From Laetmonice hystrix (taxonomy: Eukaryota): a stretch of DNA of 64,000 bases. The DNA lies in the NCBI GenBank assembly GCA_965235115.1, contig OZ249445.1, positions 25,296,001-25,360,000 of the forward strand, written 5' to 3'. The notes under the pieces were generated by a model. It ran no database searches. It saw nothing but the letters and a program-made list of their open reading frames with translations, and was not told the origin of the DNA. Below, piece after piece: positions 49,854-62,669 of the stretch. Made by a program: the position numbers and the translations under genes. How positions within the stretch are numbered: position 1 is the stretch's first letter; each line of letters starts with the position of its first letter.

Positions 49854-52800
49854 GAATCCAAGGGCCCAGACGTCCCCCAACCTCACCCTCCATCAGTCTC
49901 AATGACATTAGTCTGTACGGAACCAAACATTCACCACTACCGGCTCACTCTCCTTACTCCAGTCCTGACAGCAGACCAGAATCCAAGGGCCCAGACGTCC
50001 CCCAACCTCACCCTCCATCAGTCTCAATGACACTTAGTCCTGACAGCAGACCGGAATCCAAGGGCCCAGACGTCCCCCAACCTCACCCTCCATCAGTCTC
50101 AATGACACTTAGTCCTGACAGCAGACCGGAATCCAAGGGCCCAGACGTCCCCCAACCTCACCCTCCATCAGTCTCAATGACATTAGTCTGTACGAGAACA
50201 TTCACCACTACCGGCTCACTCTCCTTACTCCAGTCCTGACAGCAGACCGGAATCCAAGGGCCCAGACGTCCCCCAACCTCACCCTCCATCAGTCTCAATG
50301 ACACTTAGTCCTGATAGCAGACCGGAATCCAAGGGCCCAGACGTCCCCCAACCTCACCCTCCATCAGTCTCAATGACACTTAGTCCTGACAGCAGACCGG
50401 AATCCAAGGGCCCAGACGTCCCCCAACCTCACCCTCCATCAGTCTCAATGACATTAGTCTGTACGAGAACATTCACCACTACCGGCTCACTCTCCTTACT
50501 CCAGTCCTGACAGCAGACCGGAATCCAAGGGCCCAGACGTCCCCCAACCTCACCCTCCATCAGTCTCAATGACACTTAGTCCTGATAGCAGACCGGAATC
50601 CAAGGGCCCAGACGTCCCCCAACCTCACCCTCCATCAGTCTCAATGACACTTAGTCCTGATAGCAGACCGGAATCCAAGGGCCCAGACGTCCCCCAACCT
50701 CACCCTCCATCAGTCTCAATGACACTTAGTCCTGATAGCAGACCGGAATCCAAGGGCCCAGACGTCCCCCAACCTCACCCTCCATCAGTCTCAATGACAC
50801 TTAGTCCTGATAGCAGACCGGAATCCAAGGGCCCAGACGTCCCCCAACCTCACCCTCCATCAGTCTCAATGACATTAGTCTGTACGGAACCGAACATTCA
50901 CCACTACCGGCTCACTCTCCTTACTCCGGTCCTGACAGCAGACCGGAATCCAAGGGCCCAGACGTCCCCCCAACCTCACCCTCCATCAGTCTCAATGACA
51001 TTAGTCTGTACGGAACCAAACATTCACCACTACCGGCTCACTCTCCTTACTCCAGTCCTGACAGCAGACCGGAATCCAAGGGCCCAGACGTCCCCCCAAC
51101 CTCACCCTCCATCAGTCTCAATGACATTAGTCTGTACGGAACCGAACATTCACCACTACCGGCTCACTCTCCTTACTCCAGTCCTGACAGCAGACTGGAA
51201 TCCAAGGGCCCAGACGTCCCCCAACCTCACCCTCCATCAGTCTCAATGACACTTAGTCCTGATAGCAGACCGGAATCCAAGGGCCCAGACGTCCCCCAAC
51301 CTCACCCTCCATCAGTCTCAATGACATTTAGTCTGTACGGAACCGAACATTCACCACTACCGGCTCACTCTCCTTACTCCAGCCCGGACAGCAGACCGGA
51401 ATCCAAGGGCCCAGACGTCCCCCAACCTCACCCTCCATCAGTCTCAATGACACTTAGTCCTGACAGCAGACCGGAATCCAAGGGCCCAGACGTCCCCCAA
51501 CCTCACCCTCCATCAGTCTCAATGACACTTAGTCCTGATAGCAGACCGGAATCCAAGGGCCCAGACGTCCCCCAACCTCACCCTCCATCAGTCTCAATGA
51601 CATTTAGTCTGTACGGAACCGAACACTCACCACTACCGGCTCACTCTCCTTACTCCGGTCCTGACAGCAGACCGGAATCCAAGGGCCCAGACGTCCCCCC
51701 AACCTCACCCTCCATCAGTCTCAATGACATTAGTCTGTACGGAACCGAACATTCACCACTACCGGCTCACTCTCCTTACTCCAGTCCTGACAGCAGACCG
51801 GAATCCAAGGGCCCAGACGTCCCCCAACCTCACCCTCCATCAGTCTCAATGACATTAGTCTGTACGGAACCGAACATTCACCACTACCGGCTCACTCTCC
51901 TCACTCTGGTCCTGACAGCAGACCAGAATCCAAGGGCCCAGACGTCCCCCCAACCTCACCCTCCATCAGTCTCAATGACATTAGTCTGTACGAGAACATT
52001 CACCACTACCGGCTCACTCTCCTTACTCCGGTCCTGACAGCAGACCGGAATCCAAGGGCCCAGACGTCCCCCAACCTCACCCTCCATCAGTCTCAATGAC
52101 ATTTAGTCTGTACGGAACCGAACATTCACCACTACCGGCTCACTCTCCTTACTCTAGTCCTGACAGCAAACCGGAATCCAAGGGCCCAGACGTCCCCCAA
52201 CCTCACCCTCCATCAGTCTCAATGACATTAGTCTGTACGGAACCGAACATTCACCACTACCGGCTCACTCTCCTTACTCCAGTCCTGACAGCAGACCGGA
52301 ATCCAAGGGCCCAGACATCCCCCCAACCTCACCCTCCATCAGTCTCAATGACATTAGTCTGTACGAGAACACTCACCACTACCGGCTCACTCTCCTTACT
52401 CCAGTCCTGACAGCAGACTGGAATCCAAGGGCCCAGACGTCCCCCAACCTCACCCTCCATCAGTCTCAATGACACTTAGTCCTGATAGCAGACCGGAATC
52501 CAAGGGCCCAGACGTCCCCCAACCTCACCCTCCATCAGTCTCAATGACATTAGTCTGTACGAACCAAACATTCACCACTACCGGCTCACTCTCCTTACTC
52601 CAGTCCTGACAGCAGACCGGAATCCAAGGGCCCAGACGTCCCCCAACCTCACCCTCCATCAGTCTCAATGACATTAGTCTGTACGAACCAAACATTCACC
52701 ACTACCGGCTCACTCTCCTTACTCCAGTCCTGACAGCAGACCGGAAACCAAGGGCCCAGACGTCCCCCAACCTCACCCTCCATCAGTCTCAATGACATTA

Positions 52801-53999
52801 GTCTGTACGGAACCAAACATTCACCACTACCACCGGCTCACTCTCCTTACTCCGGTCCTGACAGCAGACCGGAATCCAAGGGCCCAGACGTCCCCCAACC
52901 TCACCCTCCATCAGTCTCAATGACATTTAGTCTGTACGGAACCGAACATTCACCACTACCGGCTCACTCTCCTTACTCCAGTCCTGACAGCAGACCGGAA
53001 TCCAAGGGCCCAGACGTCCCCCCAACCTCACCCTCCATCAGTCTCAATGACATTAGTCTGTACGAGAACATTCACCACTACCGGCTCACTCTCCTTACTC
53101 CGGTCCTGACAGCAGACCGGAATCCAAGGGCCCAGACGTCCCCCCAACCTCACCCTCCATCAGTCTCAATGACATTTAGTCTGTACGGAACCGAACATTC
53201 ACCACTACCGGCTCACTCTCCTTACTCCAGTCCTGACAGCAGACCGGAATCCAAGGGCCCAGACGTCCCCCCAACCTCACCCTCCATCAGTCTCAATGAC
53301 ACTTAGTCCTGATAGCAGACCGGAATCCAAGGGCCCAGACGTCCCCCAACCTCACCCTCCATCAGTCTCAATGACATTAGTCTGTACGGAACCTAACATT
53401 CACCACTACCGGCTCACTCTCCTTACTCCGGTCCTGACAGCAGACCAGAATCCAAGGGCCCAGACGTCCCCCAACCTCACCCTCCATCAGTCTCAATGAC
53501 ATTAGTCTGTACGGAACCTAACATTCACCACTACCGGCTCACTCTCCTTACTCCGGTCCTGACAGCAGACCAGAATCCAAGGGCCCAGACGTCCCCCAAC
53601 CTCACCCTCCATCAGTCTCAATGACATTAGTCTGTACGGAACCGAACATTCACCACTACCGGCTCACTCTCCTTACTCCAGTCCTGACAGCAGACCGGAG
53701 TCCAAGGGCCCAGACGTCCCCCAACCTCACCCTCCATCAGTCTCAATGACATTAGTCTGTACGGAACCGAACATTCACCACTACCGGCTCACTCTCCTTA
53801 CTCCAGTCCTGACAGCAGACCGGAATCCAAGGGCCCAGACGTCCCCCAACCTCACCCTCCATCAGTCTCAATGACATTAGTCTGTACGGAACCAAACATT
53901 CACCACTACCGGCTCACTCTCCTTACTCCAGTCCTGACAGCAGACCGGAATCCAAGGGCCCAGACGTCCCCCAACCTCACCCTCCATCAGTCTCAATGA
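49854..53999. repeat. Satellite, left arm: mixed 75-bp and 121-126-bp units
   Basis: Near-identical units sharing gtcctgacagcagaccggaatccaagggcccagacgtcccccaacctcaccctccatcagtctcaatgac. Confidence 0.97.
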
Positions 54000-54238
54000 A
54001 TTGAATTGAATTGAATTGAATTGAATTGAATTTTATTATTAATCCCATAATATATTTACATACAGTTGGAATAGTACATACGGGAATTTGAAGCCTTATC
54101 AGGCTTATGGCTTCCCTGATCAAGAACATATAGATTTAACAATGTATGGCATAGTATAGAAAATATATGTCAGATGACAATAATTTCAAACGACTGGGTA
54201 CAACTGTGCTTTAAAATACAGTATATAACATTTTACCT

Positions 54239-55984
54239 TTAATAACCGTTAGTGCATAGAGACTCTAGTAAATGTGAGAGTAAATACCGTTTATATGTGT
54301 GTATTGAAATATTTATATTGAAGTTATTTATAAGTTCATTGTAACATTTTGGTCCTTGTACTGCTATTGATAGTTCAAATGACTTACATCTAGATTTGGG
54401 AATTAAATAATGCTGCTGCTGACGGGTAGCGGGCGAATTTAAATTATTTTTCTTATTGAACAGGTCAAGAATCACTTGGGGATGAAGTCCATGATGCACT
54501 TTAAACATAAATAATGCACAATTTAGGATATAATGATTAAAAACAGGCAATATTCGGTGATTATTAAATAATGGAATTGTATGATCTTTTGGACCAGAAT
54601 AGTTTATTATTCTTATTGCTTTTTTTTGAAGTTTTAATATTTGGTCTAAATGTGTCTTAGGCGCAGTTCCCCATACTATTAAGCCATTATTAATGTAAGA
54701 ATGTATTAAGGAAAAGTAGAGACTTCTTAAGGTAGAATTGTTTAGGGTTTTTCTTAGTTTGGACAATAAACCTATATGTTTTGCTACTTTAGAAGCAACC
54801 ATGGATATATGACGTTTCCAAGACAAATTTTCATCGAGGTAGTATCCAAGAAATTTAAACTCCTTTACACGTTCTATCGGGTTGTCATTTATAGTGAGAT
54901 CGACTTTTGGTAGTGTTTTTAATTTGCTTTTAGAGAAAATCATATATTTCGATTTTTTAACGTTAAGAGATAGACGATTTTGTATTAACCACTGGTAAAC
55001 TTTGTTGAGTTCGACATTAGCAGTTTGCATTAATTCATCAAGAAAGGGTCCATTTAAAAAGAGACTTGTATCATCCGCAAACATACTTGGACACATATTA
55101 TTCAATATTTGGTGTAAATCATTTATATAGATCAAGAAGAGGAGCGGTCCAAGAATGGAGCCTTGTGGTACTCCAGTTTTTGTAGTCTGGTTCGATGATA
55201 CAGAATTCATGAAAGTTACATATTGGCTCCTATTAGTAAGATAATTCTCAAGCCAGGTTAAAGGAATACCCCTGATACCATAGTGATTTAGTTTGTATAG
55301 TAAAATTTGGAAATTCACTGTATCGAAAGCCTTAGAGAAGTCTAGAAAAATGCCTAAGGTTATGTCGTTTTTGTTGAATGAGGAAGTAATATTATGATTT
55401 AAAATCGTAAGGGCAAGTTCAGTTGAATGATGCTTTCGAAACCCAAATTGGTATTTGTAGAAAAAGTTGTGCTGTTCAAGAAATTTAGTTATGCGATCAT
55501 GCATGATTTTTTCAAATATTTTAGATAATATGGGAAGAATTGAAATTGGCCTATAATTATTAAATATATGGTTATTATCAGACTTATAAAGAGGCAGTAC
55601 TTTAGCAATTTTCAATTCATTTGGCACAACACCAGTTTGAAAAGATATATTAATGATATGTACAAGAATGGGCAAAATAATGTCAAATACCGATGATATA
55701 ATAGTCTTACTCAGTTCGTCATAACCTGCGGCTGAACTTTTTAGCAGGTTGAATATTTTATTTACCTCAGCTTGTGAGGTGGGTCGGATAAACATTGTTT
55801 GAGGGTTCGAGCCCTTTAGATTTTCAGCAAAAGATAGGTTTGATTGGGGAATTGCATCAGCAAGTTTGGGTCCGATCTCAATAAAGAAATCATTAAAACA
55901 TGATGCTATGGTATAAGGATCATGCACTAATTTATCATCGTGAATAAAATAATCTGGATAAGTTGATATTTTATATAGACCCAT
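54239..55984 (-). CDS. LINE ORF2, reverse transcriptase part (frame extends upstream to ~56089)
   Basis: 581-aa ORF with RT motifs; upstream in-frame VVKKKLGFAKRNYYNNKIAEYSNNPQKYWKLIKEV is typical ORF2 linker. Confidence 0.92.
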   Translation of the reverse strand: MGLYKISTYPDYFIHDDKLVHDPYTIASCFNDFFIEIGPKLADAIPQSNLSFAENLKGSNPQTMFIRPTSQAEVNKIFNLLKSSAAGYDELSKTIISSVFDIILPILVHIINISFQTGVVPNELKIAKVLPLYKSDNNHIFNNYRPISILPILSKIFEKIMHDRITKFLEQHNFFYKYQFGFRKHHSTELALTILNHNITSSFNKNDITLGIFLDFSKAFDTVNFQILLYKLNHYGIRGIPLTWLENYLTNRSQYVTFMNSVSSNQTTKTGVPQGSILGPLLFLIYINDLHQILNNMCPSMFADDTSLFLNGPFLDELMQTANVELNKVYQWLIQNRLSLNVKKSKYMIFSKSKLKTLPKVDLTINDNPIERVKEFKFLGYYLDENLSWKRHISMVASKVAKHIGLLSKLRKTLNNSTLRSLYFSLIHSYINNGLIVWGTAPKTHLDQILKLQKKAIRIINYSGPKDHTIPLFNNHRILPVFNHYILNCALFMFKVHHGLHPQVILDLFNKKNNLNSPATRQQQHYLIPKSRCKSFELSIAVQGPKCYNELINNFNINISIHTYKRYLLSHLLESLCTNGY

Positions 55985-56085
55985 TACTTCTTTAATTAAT
56001 TTCCAATATTTTTGGGGATTGTTTGAATATTCAGCTATTTTATTGTTATAATAATTTCGTTTCGCAAAACCCAGTTTTTTCTTTA

Positions 56086-56958
56086 CTACTTTTTTTTATC
56101 TTTATACTTTAATTGATTAATCTGAGTCGGGTGTTTTTTAAATTTATAATATAATTTATTTTTAAGTTTAATTTCAGCTGCTAACGTAGAATCAACCCAG
56201 GGTAGTCTGTTTTTGTATTTTGATTTAGTAGTTTTCCAGGGAAAAGATTCATTAAACATATGATTTATTCGATCATGTAGGGCAGTATACGCTGTTTGTG
56301 CATTGTTGTCAAGTAATATTTCGTCCCAGTTTGTTTTTCTACATTGATCTTGAAATTTTAAAACATTTCTAGATGACAATATTCTGTGTTTGATCTCCTT
56401 AGGTAACTCTTTCTTTGCTTCAGGAATAGTTGTAGTAATTGGAAAGTGGTCGGTGATATCATCATACAGAATATAACTATTATGTGATGACCTTAAATTA
56501 TTTGTAAAAATATTGTCAATAAGGGTACTTGATTGAGGAGTACACCGTGTTGGTTTTGTGATCAAAGGGATAAGTCCGTGTGCTAGAAGCAAATTGAAGA
56601 ATTGTCCGGTTTTAGGGTTGTTGTTTATAAGCAAAAGGTTTAAATTAAAGTCCCCAGCAAGGTATATGTAGTTTCCATCTAATGATATCTTGTCAAGAAT
56701 CTCTGTTAGTTTTTCAAGAAATACATCAATATCTCCATTTGGTGGACGATAACAGACTGCTATAATTACATCTTTCTTCAGGTAAGTATTGTTTTTTTTT
56801 ATTTTTAAGAATAGGAACTCATAGTTGTCGGCAGAACAACAAAATCTGGTAAGTTTTTCGTATGAAAGTTGATGCCGAATAAAAATGGCCGTTCCTCCAC
56901 CTCGTTTTTTACTTCTAACATATTTTTCTGATCTGAAACCCTTCAATTCATAACAGAC
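56086..56958 (-). CDS. LINE ORF2, endonuclease part, N-terminally truncated
   Basis: ORF 56086..56985; its first 9 residues (MFGSYRLMS) come from the satellite; ends at an A8 run that shifts the frame. Confidence 0.88.
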   Translation of the reverse strand, partial: VCYELKGFRSEKYVRSKKRGGGTAIFIRHQLSYEKLTRFCCSADNYEFLFLKIKKNNTYLKKDVIIAVCYRPPNGDIDVFLEKLTEILDKISLDGNYIYLAGDFNLNLLLINNNPKTGQFFNLLLAHGLIPLITKPTRCTPQSSTLIDNIFTNNLRSSHNSYILYDDITDHFPITTTIPEAKKELPKEIKHRILSSRNVLKFQDQCRKTNWDEILLDNNAQTAYTALHDRINHMFNESFPWKTTKSKYKNRLPWVDSTLAAEIKLKNKLYYKFKKHPTQINQLKYKDKKK

Positions 56959-59135
56959 TGACATTAGTCTGTACGAACCAAACATTCACCACTACCGGCT
57001 CACTCTCCTTACTCCAGTCCTGACAGCAGACCGGAATCCAAGGGCCCAGACGTCCCCCAACCTCACCCTCCATCAGTCTCAATGACATTAGTCTGTACGA
57101 GAACATTCACCACTACCGGCTCACTCTCCTTACTCCGGCACTGACAGCAGACCGGAATCCAAGGGCCCAGACGTCCCCCAACCTCACCCTCCATCAGTCT
57201 CAATGACATTAGTCTGTACGGAACCGAACATTCACCACTACCGGCTCACTCTCCTCACTCTGGTCCTGACAGCAGACCGGAATCCAAGGGCCCAGACGTC
57301 CCCCAACCTCACCCTCCATCAGTCTCAATGACATTAGTCTGTACGAGAACATTCACCACTACCGGCTCACTCTCCTTACTCCGGTCCTGACAGCAGACCG
57401 GAATCCAAGGGCCCAGACGTCCCCCAACCTCACCCTCCATCAGTCTCAATGACACTTAGTCCTGACAGCAGACCGGAATCCAAGGGCCCAGACGTCCCCC
57501 AACCTCACCCTCCATCAGTCTCAATGACACTTAGTCCTGACAGCAGACCGGAATCCAAGGGCCCAGACGTCCCCCAACCTCACCCTCCATCAGTCTCAAT
57601 GACACTTAGTCCTGACAGCAGACCGGAATCCAAGGGCCCAGACGTCCCCCAACCTCACCCTCCATCAGTCTCAATGACATTAGTCTGTACGGAACCGAAC
57701 ATTCACCACTACCGGCTCACTCTCCTTACTCCAGTCCTGACAGCAGACCGGAATCCAAGGGCCCAGACGTCCCCCAACCTCACCCTCCATCAGTCTCAAT
57801 GACATTAGTCTGTACGGAACCGAACATTCACCACTACCGGCTCACTCTCCTTACTCCAGTCCTGACAGCAGACCGGAATCCAAGGGCCCAGACGTCCCCC
57901 AACCTCACCCTCCATCAGTCTCAATGACACTTAGTCCTGACAGCAGACCGGAATCCAAGGGCCCAGACGTCCCCCAACCTCACCCTCCATCAGTCTCAAT
58001 GACACTTAGTCCTGATAGCAGACCGGAATCCAAGGGCCCAGACGTCCCCCCAACCTCACCCTCCATCAGTCTCAGTGACATTAGTCTGTACGAGAACATT
58101 CACCACTACCGGCTCACTCTCCTTACTCCAGTCCTGACAGCAGACCGGAATCCAAGGGCCCAGACGTCCCCCAACCTCACCCTCCATCAGTCTCAATGAC
58201 ACTTAGTCCTGATAGCAGACCGGAATCCAAGGGCCCAGACGTCCCCCAACCTCACCCTCCATCAGTCTCAATGACATTAGTCTGTACGGAACCGAACATT
58301 CACCACTACCGGCTCACTCTCCTTACTCCAGTCCTGACAGCAGACCGGAATCCAAGGGCCCAGACGTCCCCCAACCTCACCCTCCATCAGTCTCAATGAC
58401 ATTAGTCTGTACGGAACCGAACATTCACCACTACCGGCTCACTCTCCTTACTCCAGTCCTGACAGCAGACCGGAATCCAAGGGCCCAGACGTCCCCCAAC
58501 CTCACCCTCCATCAGTCTCAATGACACTTAGTCCTGACAGCAGACCGGAATCCAAGGGCCCAGACGTCCCCCAACCTCACCCTCCATCAGTCTCAATGAC
58601 ACTTAGTCCTGATAGCAGACCGGAATCCAAGGGCCCAGACGTCCCCCCAACCTCACCCTCCATCAGTCTCAGTGACATTAGTCTGTACGAGAACATTCAC
58701 CACTACCGGCTCACTCTCCTTACTCCAGTCCTGACAGCAGACCGGAATCCAAGGGCCCAGACGTCCCCCAACCTCACCCTCCATCAGTCTCAATGACACT
58801 TAGTCCTGATAGCAGACCGGAATCCAAGGGCCCAGACGTCCCCCAACCTCACCCTCCATCAGTCTCAATGACACTTAGTCCTGACAGCAGACCGGAATCC
58901 AAGGGCCCAGACGTCCCCCCAACCTCACCCTCCATCAGTCTCAGTGACATTAGTCTGTACGAGAACATTCACCACTACCGGCTCACTCTCCTTACTCCGG
59001 TCCTGACAGCAGACCGGAATCCAAGGGCCCAGACGTCCCCCAACCTCACCCTCCATCAGTCTCAGTGACATTAGTCTGTACGAGAACATTCACCACTACC
59101 GGCTCACTCTCCTTACTCCGGCACTGACAGCAGAC
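56959..59135. repeat. Satellite, right arm (same family), with a ~597-bp higher-order period
   Basis: Resumes at tgacattag directly after the LINE; identical ORFs at 57924 and 58521. Confidence 0.97.
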
Positions 59136-61180
59136 AGATAGGAGGCTAACAATGACCTCTGTCAATGCGACAGCAGAGGTCAAACAGTGGTCAGAATCAC
59201 TGAGGATCAAAATCCGCAATTAGCGGTAACTGGGTATCCGGAAAAATAAGGCCAGAATTTAAAAAAGAATCTTGGGTGGGGGCGAGTGACAAATTTTTTT
59301 TTAGGGGGGGGGCTTCCGCCCTGGCAAGGAAAAAAACAGATGCGATAAATACGGAACGTGGTGCGACGAGCGGCCGTCAATAAGTTAGGACTGTTCATGC
59401 GTCGTTTTCACTCCCTCCGTCAAATTGTAGAGTGCGACGAATAAATCTGTCATGGTAGGTGACCCCCGCGGCGAATAAATCTGTCACGGTAAGGACCCCC
59501 TCCCCCCTCCCTCCGGTGAATCAATCAATCATGCTAAGGACCCCTCTCCTTCCCCGACACCATCGTCCATCCGAACAGTTGGGTGTTATGTACTTTGGAA
59601 GGCGAGTTAGGGGTTGGGTGGGGGGTGGCAGAGCCCCTTCTTTGGTAAAAGACCTTTCCCTTTCACCCGTGACCCTTGCCTAGATTAAGATTTATGTAAT
59701 CATTATTAACAAAAAAAAAATTGAGAAATATTACGCCCCCTTGTTAAAATATTTTAGGCCCTATACTGCATAATCCAGCAGGTCAAACACCCACACAAAT
59801 CTTTCCAAAAGGACCGTGTTTTTCCCCCTTGCAAACTGGATCTCCTGCAAACTGGGTCTTGTGTGCAACCTAAGCCTGAACAGCTGAAACATTAATGTAC
59901 ATTGAAGAATTACGCATGAGGTCGAAGACTTCAACTGAAGTACAAGGGACAACCACTGAGGTACGAATCACAATCACAGTCAACTTGGATATCAAGTCAG
60001 AAACTTTAGCCAGACTCCCAACTCTGAACGGAATGCCTAAATCAGGTGTGCGGGCCTTTTTTTAAAAAATGGTTCCTATGCTATTTCTTGTGCCATCAAA
60101 CACCTTGTCCAAGGAACACAAGGTTCAGTTTCTACCAAACTTCAAACGAAAAAAAACCAACCAAACAAACACATCAGTCTTTTCCAACTTGAGCGCTTTC
60201 CACTGAACATGCCAGGGTTTCGTTTTCGCTCTAAGCTTACCGTCAGATTCAAATCAATTCAGTCACACTGACAGTCCCTGTTTTGTCCTAACTTCTATTT
60301 CCTAACTCGTGCTTCATGCCTGACGGGTTCGACAAGGTCACCTACCTGAATACCTGTAAACGATACCCTTCACCTCAAAAGCCACAGCTTCGCCACCACC
60401 TGGACCTGAATGTTAATACCTCCCTACTTAAAAAATTGTCTATATCCTGTAACCTGCCTTTCTTATACTGCATGAGCCAGAATAAAAAACATAAAATGTC
60501 CATTTATAGTCAGGACTAAAGAGCCACACTGCGCGCACTGTTTGCATGTATCTCTATACTTAACACTGCCTTAAGCATGCTTACATGTATAGATTACATA
60601 TATTGAATAGATCCCCCCCCCCCAACTTCCCCCAAAAAGGTTGAAATATCACTCCAGCCTGGTTCAGATGACATTGCACAACAACCCTGATCGCAAACTG
60701 AAGCTCCTCCTGCCTCCTCCAGGTCCGTTCAATTGTAACTTCGATATTTAATCAATAGCACCAACTTGTTCACACAGACTCGACTGTCGTAAACCCCCAC
60801 CACTCAATCTCCCCCAACCAGGACACGACCTCTGACTACTGATCCTTCCCACTTATCCCCAAACTATCAATACATCCACCCTTTATATACCGACTCTCCG
60901 CTCCTCCGGGCTTAGTGGGTGCTTAATCTCAACTAACACAGGGTTGACAATGGCCAGCTCATACTGACATCGACCTTACATTCCCTACGGCTTGACCACA
61001 TTCTCCACATACCAAGCTCCCTGCTACTGGTGCCGACACCCAGCCTATATACTGACTACAACGAATACCCAGGGTATGTTATTATACTGATCAGTCGAAG
61101 GTTCCCTTGTCTGTATGCATACGTCAAAGACTACACAGATTATTGCTGTCAAGACTAGTAGAGAAAACATTTCCCAGACT

Positions 61181-61310
61181 TTTTATGTGATTGTCAGTGT
61201 CTTGCTTTAAGCGATAAAGTCGGTCTTCGCCGGGTACTCCGGTTTCCCTTCTATGACCCGCTGGCTGTCTGCCCACAATATATCAAAATTACTGATAATT
61301 TCCTTAACGC
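61181..61310 (+). mobile_element. Possible degenerate SINE fragment (V-domain-like core)
   Basis: ttatgtgat..tgtcagtgtcttgc...ccgggtactccggtttcc resembles mollusc-type SINE cores from memory; no intact tRNA head seen. Confidence 0.35.
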
Positions 61311-62669
61311 ATTCCACCCGAGAATCCGCAAAACTATCCCATCAATCTGTCCCTGGACTCCCTCGAATACATCGTCCCTTTCATTTTAACCCCCTTTTTG
61401 TTTAAATTGCCGGCGACCGAACCGGAGTTGGCGAGTAACTTTGCACAGATGGTCCCACGTCCTCAAATAAAACATCAGCCTGTTTCTACAACATTGGTTT
61501 TACTCCACGCCGGCGGACCAACACATACATAGTGACTGATGACCAACAGTCACTGTTCAAACCCACTGCCGGGCTCTGGTGACATAATTCCCCACAAATA
61601 ACATCTGAACCAACAATTTCTGCCCCACCCCCTCCTCCGCCCCCTCAGTTGCCCACATCCACAAACTGAGCGTTCCTATAGTCTCTATTACTGTCACGGC
61701 CTCACACAATCTACAGTGTATAAGTGAACTGGCACCAACGGCGACTGTGCTAAAAACATCATTGACACAATGACAGATTTGAACCAACTACAGCCACCAC
61801 TTCGGTCAACGGTGTTCTACATTTGTCTCTGTTCCATTCCCTTCTGTCTCCATGGCCTGGGGGAAAAATGTACGAACCACAAGACCTAGAGTTCTAAATA
61901 ACTACAAGGTACACTATGGCCTTTTATAAATAGGGGTGTTAGCAATCCCTAAGTGGCCACTTGTTCCATGAACAATCCATCAAAATGATGTAATGGCTCA
62001 CGTAACCTTTTATTACACTCAAACACTTTATCCCACGCCAGACGAATTCTCCCTATAATCCGCCCATACTGGAGTGCAGGGAAAGTGAGTACTAATTTTA
62101 CTGTGAACTGTGACCCAAAACAATGCGTAAAGACTTGGCGACATTCTACTAACAGGTCAGACCCAAACACGCCAACCAAACAATGATGTTATAAATATAT
62201 TGCATGGATACAGCGATGCTACCCCCCCCCCTCCAAACAGATTCCACGATCCGCCCCTTGCCTCTCTGATATTTTACCCTCCAATCTGCCTGTCGGTTCA
62301 CAAGGTATCCCTAACCGTTAGTTACCGAGTCAGGACGCATGTATATACTTAGAAACTGTGTGTAATTGAAACTTGACAAAAAGTCGAAACTTTCCCGTCA
62401 TTTCAGCAAAGAGGTACTGCAAAAGTGATCAACGTGCAGTTCCTATCCGAATCCAAAGAAATAAAACTGAAACTCGGATTTCATCGGCTTGAAAAATCTG
62501 CGACCATTATTGGTGGAGAGTTCCTCCAAGGGATGGGCCCAATGGTGTGTGTGTGGGGAGGGGGGGGGGGGGGCTTTAGAGTGGGGGATGGGTGCGCATG
62601 GTCATATGGGGTCTGGGGTCATTTCCCACTGAAATTTTCAATTATAGCAAGTCAACCAGAGGACCTTAA

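Larger units (their letters stand above)
54000..56958 (-). mobile_element. 5'-truncated non-LTR retrotransposon, CR1/L2 group (L2/Crack-like), inserted in a satellite
   Basis: APE endonuclease (YRPP, GDFN, IDNIF, TDHFPI) followed by RT (GVPQGSILGPLLFLIYINDL, FADD); ~200 bp 3' UTR ending AATAAA plus (TTCAA)6-7 tail; AT-rich against GC-rich flanks; TSD 0-3 bp. Confidence 0.93.

Noticed and set aside
55803-55814. Pol III B-box-like GGTTCGAGCCC
   Set aside because: Lies inside LINE ORF2 antisense; no A-box or cloverleaf. No tRNA or rRNA gene was found in the window.
50027-59068. Many repetitive ORFs (MTLSPDSRPESKGPDVPQPHPPSVS)n
   Set aside because: They follow from a stop-free 75-bp unit; the 121-126-bp units shift the frame at random; antisense within a CNOT4 intron; no splice or start context.
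49854-59135. CRISPR-like look (constant part plus optional insert)
   Set aside because: The optional 50-bp segment is the same sequence each time rather than unique spacers; eukaryotic intron; no cas genes.
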